Of a stretch of DNA of 64,000 bases, positions 52,391-62,279 are shown in pieces. The first letter of the stretch is position 1, and each line of letters starts with the position of its first letter. The notes under the pieces are model-generated. The model saw nothing but the letters and a program-made list of their open reading frames with translations, made no database searches and was not told the DNA's origin. The DNA is from Hemiscyllium ocellatum (taxonomy: Eukaryota): assembly GCF_020745735.1 (NCBI RefSeq), contig NC_083401.1:98081740-98145739 (forward strand). The letters run 5' to 3'. The position numbers and the translations under genes are program-made.

Positions 52391-53025
52391 ATGTACCCGA
52401 TAGGTGGAGCCAAATCCCTCTTCTAGAGACTGCTCTGCCGGGGCGGTAACACAACCATAAAAGAGGGTGTCCATAACGTTAATAGATTCTGACCTAGGCA
52501 CCTATTTTACCACCAATGACACATGTAAACATTTAGGAAAAGGTAGAAATTCCACATTCCGTTCCACCCTCAAAACTTTGCATAATGGAGCGGGTGAAGA
52601 GAAATTTAAAGGCCTCGTTAGCCAAAGCGATTCAGGTAGTAGGTACCAGTATCCTAGTACCATCCCAAACTGAACGACAGGGTACACCCCGTTCTAATTA
52701 ATGAGGGCGATGTGGTGGCCCAAGGATGTCGTAGCATGATGGATTCCCCTCAATAAACAAATATAGATTACGTAAGAGATGATGAACAAGCAATTGCACA
52801 AAATGAAGCTAACAAAAAATTAGTGCTGTAGAAACGGACAGAACAAAGGAGCCACAACAAATGCCTCAAGTGCGGAACAGGATAATAGTCAACATTAACT
52901 CCGACAGAGTTGGACTTTCCCCCAGTTAGACGCACCATGTGAAGTAATTATGACAGGTGATACGTGCGCACTTGCAGATTTGAAAGAAAACATTAGTCCA
53001 ATTAAAAGTATATGGAGAACTTAGT

Positions 53026-53326
53026 GGGCGGCACGGTGGCACAGTGGTTAGCACTGCTGCCTCATAGCGCCTGTAGACCCGGGTTCAATTCCCGACTCAG
53101 GCGACTGACTGTGTGGAGTTTGCACGTTCTCCCCGTGTCTGCGTGGGTTTCCTCCGGCTGCTCCGGTTTCCTCCCACAGTCACAAAGATGTGCGGGTCAG
53201 GTGAATTGAAATTGCCCGTAGTGTTAGGTAAGGGGTAAATGTATGGGTGGGTGGCGGGTCGGTGTGGACTTGTTGGGCCGAAGGGCCTGTTTCCACACTG
53301 TAAGTCTAATCTAATCTAAAAAAAAA
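53026..53326 (+). mobile_element. HE1-type V-SINE
   Basis: Near-identical to the copy at 51648, with a (ctaat)n plus A tail. Confidence 0.9.
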
Positions 53327-53979
53327 CTCCCACTTAGCAACCTGGACATCGGAAGTCGACTTTATTTAAAAAAAAAATTTGGAATGTAATGCTCACTATT
53401 GGAGAGATAGTGCGAAGCCCCGATGATTTATATAAACCGCAATAAACGCCTTCATCTGGGACAGTATGTCTATTTACCATGAGGAGGGACCGGAGAATGG
53501 GTTAGTAAACCCAGTACTTAGGAATCAGACTGAATCACTCCTGTTAGTCACTGGACTCAGGCGGTAACATGGACATAATAGATGGATTAAATTATTTTTA
53601 AACCGAGGATACCAATTTATTAACTCAGGATATGAGTGGAGTGGGAAGGCTGTCTTTAATAATACAAACAGAAAACCAGAAGAATTAGTGGATATATGAT
53701 TTAAATAGGGAGTGGAATATTCCTCTATATACTCCTGGGAATCTCGAAACTACATTTTCAGCCAGTAATTTGAATTTGGGAGGGATCCATGGAAGGACAT
53801 TGTACTGAGCATATGATAAGATGTGTCTGAGGTTAATATCAGTCTAAATTCATCTGTGATGCTCCGTAACAATATGATTGGAAATATGACTGGATAGACC
53901 GTATTGCCAAGTATAAGGCTGTAAAATGGCCTTAAATACTTAGCGGATATCAAAACTCCACGCTGCGAGTCCGCTAGAT

Positions 53980-55700
53980 GGGATGGTGAGGATAGGGAAA
54001 CTCAGCCATTATTGTATGGTGTTACTATGGTCACTTTTGAAGTAACATCATGTGTCAGGATAGATACCTATCTTAGATGCTACATGTAATACCTCTCCAA
54101 GGACCGTGCGGTGGGTGGGCCGAGCAACAGCTAGGAAGAAACACAAGAGAAAGTTCAGAGTTGCCCCAGGGATAAGTAGGCACCATGGAGTGATGCGCAG
54201 GGAAAGGGGAACCCCACTGGAGATTTCGCTTCGTTGTTTGGCAACGCCAATTCGCTAAAGATCCGTAGAATATGCCATCTGTCAGAAACGAGGTATTCTG
54301 TGTGGCCATCGAGACAGCTCGGGGAGTGCAGTTTGGAAGCAAGGGGACAGTATCTGTGTTAACGCTAATAGATGTGCAATGATTTGGAGATGCCGGTGTT
54401 GGACTGTGGTGTACAAAGTTAAAAATCACACAAACCTGGTGTTGTGTGATTTTTAAAGATGTACAATGAAAAGGGACCGTTAGGGTGTTAAACTAAGGCC
54501 GGGCTTGCAACATGTTAGCCCGAGACTTAATCGAAAGTGTGAGGCCCAATATCAAGGACATCCGATTTGGAACAATTCCAGAACAGATTTTTTTTCGGTC
54601 TATAGTTGAAGCCCAAAACTACATGAAGAACGGCAAGAAGCAACCGAAGCCCAGGAGCTGGTAGGACAGGGAGAATCGGATTCTTGATAATTATTCTATC
54701 TGTCTTGCCACTCCCGGTTTGAAGCGCTGGGTCTATATAACGAGAGGCAGCGTCCGAGGAGCAGGAGAATCGACCTTTCGGTCAAATGCCCTTCATCAGG
54801 CCTTAAGATCCCTTCTCAGTCCTTCAATTCCTGAGGAAAGGCTCTTGCCCGAAACATCGACTCTCCTGCTCCTCGGATGCTGCCTGACCTGCTGAGCACC
54901 CCACTCTCGATTCTTGATCCCCAGCAGCTGCAGGCCCTGTATACAAGGAGAGACGAGTATATCGAGAAGGGTCACAATTAACAGTATTGTTTTTTAAGGA
55001 CACGGGCTTGTTGTTCAGAATCAATAAATTACATTGCTTGTTCCGCCCAAACTCGAAGGCCATGGAAAAATGATAGCACATATTGTTTCCGGTCCTGACG
55101 ACAGAGGAGCAATTTAAGGCGTTTCAGGTTACCCCAGACTCAATGGTGTTTTATACGAAATGAGAAACAATTTACATTTGGTCAGTTGGTGTGTATGTGT
55201 AACGGCAGCTTCTGCATTCAAGTCACCCACTCCTTCACGATGGGAAACTTCTATCTACCCGGGAGGGCAGTGAATACCTTCTGTTCAGTGTCCTTTCACA
55301 GACCGCATACTGGACAAAATGATGCGAATAGGTATATGCAAAGTATGGCCCAGATAGCTCAGGAGTATGTAGAATCTACACTAAGACAAGAAAACAGGTG
55401 AATCTGGAAACCCAAACTGTCAGGGGACTAATTAACTCAGCAAAGGAATCAGACAGAAACACCACAAGATGGCAGGGAACATGTAGGTTAGGAATCACCG
55501 CTGATGTTAATTTGTCTATGTTGCTATCAGAGGGAAATGTTGTGAAGAACACGACCGATTATGATAGCAGGATACACGCAAGTGCCTCAGATGGGGAAAA
55601 AAAATGCACCTCGCAAACCGACTTGATATAATACTTAGGTTAAATTGTTTAGGATTCCTCTCCCAGACTGGACCGCTGGCCATCTGGAGAAAGGGGGAAA
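53980..55700 (+). pseudogene. Degenerate env-like gene of the ERV
   Basis: Lies after IN. Furin-like RRER (54196-54207) is followed across a frameshift by the fusion-peptide-like GDFASLFGNANSL. Then come ACNMLARDLIESVRPNIKDIRFGTIP, RIGFLII and Cys-rich segments (CMCNGSFCIQ). Purine tracts lie downstream. Confidence 0.6.
54745..54935. mobile_element. Inverted pair of HHR-bearing PLE termini inserted in env
   Basis: Minus strand: CTGATGA-agggcatttgacc-GAAA-ggtcga (~54768-54800). Plus strand: CTGAGGA-aaggctcttgccc-GAAA-catcga (~54830-54860). Confidence 0.7.
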
Positions 55701-55744
55701 AATTCTCAGCTTGAAAATTAGCCTATTTAGGTTCTGCCAAATCC

Positions 55745-56075
55745 AAAAGGGGACACTGAAAGGCTGAAAAAGGACAGAACCTCAAGACACACTACAGATC
55801 AGGATGCTAGAACCAGCTACAAGCATTAAGTATTCCTGTAATGTTTTCTGGATTCCCAGCCATGGGAATTTTATCAATGTTTCCTGGATACCAGCTGGTT
55901 AACCACCTTCTACTCTTCATCTGCAGGTATCTGAGGAGGTCTCCACAACTTGATCAAAACCACAGTTTAACAACAGCATTCTGGAAATCCTTCAACATTA
56001 GCTTCAGTTTGAGCAGTTTGTGCCACTTTTTAAACTCTGGATCAACCTGCCATCAACTTGCTACCACTTCAGACA
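55745..56075 (+). mobile_element. Candidate polypurine tract and start of the ERV 3' LTR
   Basis: AAAAGGGGA (55745-55753) followed by TG at 55757. A second purine run lies at 55686-55702. No matching 5' LTR is seen. Confidence 0.35.
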
Positions 56076-57444
56076 CTGGACTGAGGAGTGGCAGCTGGAG
56101 TTTAATTTGAATAAAGGCGAGGTGTTGCATTTGGGTAAGACAAACCAGGGCAGGACTTACACAGTTAATGGTAGGTTGTGTTGTTAAGCAGGGATGCCTG
56201 AAATGCCAGCCTCGATATTGGCTTTTGTCTCTGCGTTTGAACTTGAAAACACAACTTTGTTATTTAAAGCAAGAATGCTACACAGTACCATATAAAGGCA
56301 GGCTTTAGACATAGGAATGGCTGAGCTTGCATTCCAAGCACACACAACAGGACTTTCAGTGGATGGGCTCTTAGTTTTAAGGCAGGAAATAGATGGCACT
56401 GCAGTTGAAACTTAGCCATTACATTTTCTAATACCATTATGTTTTGCTATAGAAAGACACATTTTGTGAAATCCTTTCTTCTTGCAATGATCAGGGACAT
56501 TCACAAGAATATCCATTTAAAGAAGAACAACATTTCAGTGTCAGTCATCATGGAACTGGAGCATTCTGCTTGTTTGTGCTTCTACAGTTCAGAGTTCACT
56601 TGCCAATCAATCAGCACTTTTTTCTCACACGGTATAAAATCTTAGATTGACACTCTTGCAAATGTCCTGATGAGTGAAAGATGAAAAAGATCAACAAAAT
56701 GTGTCTTTTTTTCCAGCAACACTCAAGTTCTCTACTGTCAAACAACAGCAGTGTGAGAACTGAAACACAGAAAGGTGGTGGTATAAGTTAGTTATGTAGC
56801 AAATTGAAGCTTGTGTCAGTTGCTAAGATTTGTGCAATCATTGTTATTCCCCATATCCATACATGACTTGAAGAAGTGAATAAAAAAAATTCCAGAATTT
56901 TCTGACAATAACAAATTTATGAATTTGAAACTGTGAAGATAAGCAAAGGAGAATGCAGAAGACATAGCATTGTTTGGGATATGTGTAGAAAACATATATT
57001 TATATTCATTTATATATTGCTTCATTACATCCTCAGGATATCTCAACGATTTATATTCTGATGAATTACTTTTGAGATATTTTCTAGTCACGTGGAGTAA
57101 ATGAGGTGGCCAATTTGATTCCAAAGCCACCTAAGTGGATGGCTCTTGGTCTTTGCCAACTGGTAATCAGAAATAAATATTGGATTGTTATAGTTACCAA
57201 TCTCTAGATGTGAGGGCTGAATGGGCTGCAAGTGGCCACCTGGGCTCCTGTAATTAATATCATACCATTCTTAAATTTCAGGTCATACCCCTCCAAGTAT
57301 CATTGACCAGCAACATAGGATTAAGTTATGATCATGACAGCTTCATTAAAGATATTCCTGAAACTGGGCTACATGATTGAAAAATATCGAGAGAGAGAAA
57401 GAGAGAAGCCCATTTCAGTTGTGGTTTTAAAAGAAGCAACATCA

Positions 57445-57549
57445 TTGTTGTGGTTCTGTTCGCCGAGCTGGGAATTTGTATTGCGAACAGCTTGGCGAAC
57501 AGAACCACAACAACGAGCACCCGAGCTACAAATCTTCTCACAAACTTTG
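57445..57549. mobile_element. 105-bp hairpin-forming mini-insertion (PLE-terminus-like)
   Basis: 26-bp inverted arms at 57445-57470 and 57488-57513, with a perfect 14-bp TSD aagaagcaacatca (57431-57444 / 57550-57563). Confidence 0.8.
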
Positions 57550-59934
57550 AAGAAGCAACATCAGCTGAATGGAAATGCAGCAAAGATCAAAGCGATGGTC
57601 AGTAGTGACCATCCCAAATGAGTGCAAAAGAATTGGCACTTACATTGCTACAACAAAGCCTTGTGAAGCATCAGACTTTGTTTCTGAGATCTTTCATCGG
57701 TATATCTTCAAATGATATTCCATTCTACATGCATCTGAACTGACTGTTTGGATCCTTTTAGGATTTAAGTCGGGAAGTACCTTCCAGTGATAAATCATGT
57801 GATGTCACCAAATCAGAGAGAAATGACCTGCAATTAAAGCAACAAACTCATTCATGCCTACTTTAACAATAGTTATAAGATTGGTTATATCCTGAAGAAG
57901 AAACCAATCTGTGAAGGCAACAATTTCCAGACAGCAAAGAGGTTTATAAATACAATTTAAAACTTCTTGCCACTTTTTCAAGCATATTTTAAAATGGGAC
58001 AAGAAAATCTATTTGTACCAGAGGCATCCACACTTACTGTGTGAATATGCATTTTTTAAAACAATTCATCAGCTATAGTATTCCTGGTACATTTGGCATT
58101 CATCACGGATTGAGTAGAATTGACCAGATTAGATTTGATATTGCTATTTTGGAGAGGACACACATGGGCAATTTCCCAAATTGTTAGGTAGATGCGAATG
58201 CTTCATCCAGGTTATTGATGAGGCCCACATCAATGCACTCAGCAGGTTTGTGATGTTCCATAGGCATTGAAGAAGAAAGCAAATATCCAGAATTTCTGGG
58301 TTTTTTTGTATTATAAAGCTGTACTTATGGAGATGCTTTTTCAGAAAATTGTACTTACATAGATTTATGAGTCACATGGATTGGAAACTCTTAGCTAAAG
58401 TGATTGGTTTTTGCCCATCAATTAAAATAATATACAAGCTGTTATGCAAGGAACAACTTTTGTTTGGCTTATATACGCAATTGAATACTTAATGGTCTAG
58501 CATGAGGATCTTTCAAACATAAAGTAAAGCTACCTGCTGCCAGGCTAAAGTTTTGACAAGATGCAGAAGTGGAGCATTGAACTCTACTGGCCCAATATTC
58601 CTCTATCCTTGCTCATTCAGAGGATAGGTGGAGTGCATTGAAGGCACATCTGCTTCTCTAGTACGGTTCTGAGTATGTTTTCTGCAATTAAGTTGGAGAC
58701 TTAAATTCTTAAGGCCCAAAGATTCTCTTGGTAAAGAAAGACTCAATTATTTTCAGACCCACTTTATGATTCTGGTTTCATGAGATATAGTATTCTGGCA
58801 GGAAGCTGTTGTGCAAAGTATAGTTTGGGGAAGCTCTGAAAGTGGGTGCACTGTAGATTGAGGAAATTGTGGTAAGAGCCCTGTGAACAAAATCATAAAC
58901 TCATTTCCATTACGTGCTGAGATTATATCTATTCAGAAAATGTAAAACATAAATTATTACTGAACTCCCTGCAGTTCAGGGGTGTAATACTTGCCGAAAA
59001 GTAGCATTCCTACACACATTCTTGTTTATTCAGCTAATCTTTGCTGTTGCTTGCCTCAAGTAGGATGAATAAGTTTTTACAAACTGTCCCCAAGAACACT
59101 CAATGCTCGCCTCCAGCAGAACAGCAGTTTGATGATCCTCAACCTTCAAGTTCCAGATCTGCAGATAGTCAGATGACCCACAGTTTCCCATCTCCAGATA
59201 AGGAAACTTGCTTGTGAGGCAATAAATATTAAAACACATTCTTTTAAAAAACCTTTTCATGCCAATTTTTGTGTTTTATATTAACTTGGTGCTTGTATTC
59301 CGTATTGTTCGATGTTGCAGAATGTAATCCAAATATTTGCTGTTACAAAGGTTTCAGTCAGAATACTTGCTTCCAATAACTTGGTTTTGCTTAATGTGGT
59401 GATTTTCAGGACCATGATTACTATGTCTATTGAGGACCACCTATAAGAGGAACCTAAAAACTATCATGTGGAACATTGATCCCCATAGCATTTCTTTTGA
59501 ATTAAAAATACAACCAGGTGCTTAATTTTCCTCAGAGCTAGACCAGTAGATGGTGCTATTTGCTGCAATTTAACATGCGATGGAAATTTTGAATTGAATT
59601 GAATTAGCTTTTCAGATTGTAGGTGCACTGGGGCCCCTAACTATCCTCCCACAACTAGTAGCTTATTTGCTCTTCCTAGGGCATTAAATGGCAGAGAATT
59701 GACTTAAAGGTTAGAGGTTTAAATATCAGTACAGAAATCAGAACACATCACCTTGCCTGAAACTTCAGCACTGTTCCTTCAAGGAAGATGTTTTTTGGAT
59801 GTGATGTAGAACCATACCTCTGTCAGGTAAAGAAAACTCGGCTTTTATATAATAGTTTAACTCAAAAGTCTCAAAGACCTTCATAGCTCATTGAGCATTT
59901 TCCTTGCTATGAAATAGGAAAGGTAGAGCCAACT

Positions 59935-60260
59935 TCGTACACAGCAAGCTCCCAGAAACAGCAATGTGACAACGAGCAAATTATTTGCTTATGTAGTAGT
60001 AATTAAGGGATAAGTATTGGCTCAGACACTAGGAAGAACTCCCCTGATCTTTGATGAAACAGTACTATGGGATCTTTTAAATCCATCAGAGCAGTCAGAT
60101 GGAATAGTATTATAACTCATCTGAAGGACAGCTCAGCTTTGTCTCAGAATTTCAGTGGAGTGTCAACCTGGACTTTTAGGCTTATGTCCTAAAGTAGGTG
60201 TTGAACCCAAACCTTTTGAACCTCAGAAGTAAGAGTTCTTCTAACTGAGCCACAGCTGAC
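59935..60260 (-). mobile_element. Old DeuSINE (SacSINE1-like), with an adjacent inverted 3' fragment at 60280-60470
   Basis: Reverse tRNA-like head (tcagctgtggctcagtt...gggttcaacacc) and a Deu-domain-like core (atgggatcttttaaatcca...ctcatctgaaggacagc...ggagtgtcaacctgga). Confidence 0.6.
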
Positions 60261-62279
60261 AACGTTGGTATAAAAGTGTCCCGGGTACTATTTGAAGAAG
60301 TGCAGGAGAGTTCACCTCATGTCCATGCCACCAGTTTTCTCTCAAACAAAACTCACCAAACAGATTGATTAGTCGTTGATCCCATTGCTCTTTGTGAAAG
60401 CTTATTATGAAATTTGGTTGCTATGTTTTCCTAGATTAAAGATGTTTGGGATAAAAAAGCAATCTGCACTAATGAGCCTCTTCACTTGCCAGGCATATGA
60501 CCTCTATTGTGAGGTATACACACACCGGAGAAGCCTTCTTGCAAGGGCTTCAATAAAGATACAGTACAGATTTGACTGCTGCTTTGTGAACACAGAACAT
60601 GGTGTCAGAAATGAAGCTGAGCTTGGGTGTTGAAGAACTGTAAAACTGAACAATATCTGACAGAGTCACAGAATGTTCAGAATTATGAAAGCAACTGTTA
60701 CAAGCAACTGAAAGAAACTGAAAAAGAACAAAGAACAGGCTGCACCAGAAACACTGGGTAACAGACAATGAGTGCAACATCTTCTCTCTGGTCAAACTGA
60801 GAAGTGATCTGAAATAAAACTTGCAGTTTTTCCACATGCAATGGCAAATTGACTAACCAACGTCAGATCAGCTTCACAGGCCAGTGCAGTTATGAATAGC
60901 TGTGCACATCACTGTCAGGAAATGACTGTCTCAGAGCATATTCCACTCTAAATCTCTCTGAACAACAGAAAAAAGAAACAGATTACAGCCTTGTGAGCCT
61001 TGAAGGCATATGTTGAACTCCAAGTGAATGTTCAATATTAGAGTCATGCTGAAATCATCCATTGATCAATATTTGGCACATTCACTCAGCTCACATAATT
61101 TTATGAGTTTGTGCAACTAAAAGACAGTAGGAGACATAAGAGATTTTTGCAGTGAGAGGACATCTACTGAGGAGAAACTTACTCTCAGGAAAGCAATTGA
61201 CATGTGCAGAAACAAAGGTTGCAAACTAGCAGTGAGAGCACATTCATGGCAGAACAGACAAAGTCTTTCATTTCACAGGTAGATACTCCAGACCTAAAGA
61301 GCAGAACAATCATGGACGAAGGATGGTATGCAAACACTGTGGAGGACATTGTAGAGAACAGGATAGCAGTGTTCTCACTGTAAGAAACCAAATCATTTTG
61401 TGCACAAGTGTCTAATGGTAAAGCAGGACACCAAGCAGGAACAGACGGCCACTGGAGAGTATCAGCTGAACATGCTGCAAATCACTCAAAATAAAATAGT
61501 GGGTTGGTTCAGTCAAGTTGGTAGGTCAGACATGGTAATGTGGCTATTGGAATGATGATTGCAGAAGATGAAAATCTTCCATAAAGTGTCAGATAGGCAC
61601 TGGTTCATCATGCAACATCATGATCTTCACTGACCTGTCTGTGTAAAGCAGTTCAGCATGGTAACTCAGTCAGGTTGAGGTAAAATGATGGCAGCATACT
61701 TGTATTGAGAGGGTTGATTTCTCTGTAAACCCACTGAAATAACATGAACGAAGATCAGGAATTCCAGATCAGAGACAGTGAACAACAGCCACTTAGTTCA
61801 ACTAGAGCAAGTCAAAAGCTTCGACTGCCCTCAATGTGCCAAAAATTATTGGCAACCTATAGAAACACATTAGCCCAATGGCTGTGGAACAGATAGATTA
61901 TTCATCTTCTTAAAGGTGGCTCATTCTGCTTGAGGAGCCCAATATCACAGGTGGCGAAGGTTTCTTAAAGGACGACTGCATCTTGTAAATGGGAGGTTAA
62001 TTTGGTTGCATGAATTGAATGAAATCCTTTGTGGGCTGAACCTAAATTGTAAAAAAATTAAAGCTTTGCAGAAGATGCATGGTGCAAGATAAGCAGAGAA
62101 GGGAAAAGTCCTGTAGGGTGGGGACAAGGCCTTCAAGGAATAAGCTGAGGAGACAGTAGAAAGAATTAGCAATAGTATGCAATATCAAAAATATAGCTGC
62201 AAGAACACGGTGCATAATTTTATGGTTCCCCCACTGACATGTTTGCCTGGTTGAGGATACAAAAGATTCCCTGGGTGAA

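Larger units (their letters stand above)
47200..53010 (+). pseudogene. pol: Degenerate retroviral pol (PR-RT-tether-RNase H-IN), interrupted by CR1, SINE and PLE insertions
   Basis: RT: SNSPNWPLKNPDG, FTVLDISN, QFAFTLSEIQYTWTRVSQGFH, GLKI...VYLGYLIS...LPRPRTLREVSQILGLVKYCR. Tether: AYHS...RRAQWECLL. RNase H: CVDGS (~48877), QATEFIALTESL, KIKTH. IN: IQIDVNG...GKQYC, IDSDLGTYFT, FHIPFHPQ...MERVKRNLK, GYTPF. Confidence 0.85.

Noticed and set aside
56665-56685. CTGATGAGTGAAAG as a hammerhead
   Set aside because: Only 2 nt separate the boxes, so there is no stem II, and there is no PLE tail.
56200-62250. Possible exons of a neighbouring gene or DNA-transposon remnants
   Set aside because: No ORF, splice pattern or transposase motif that I could recognise with confidence.
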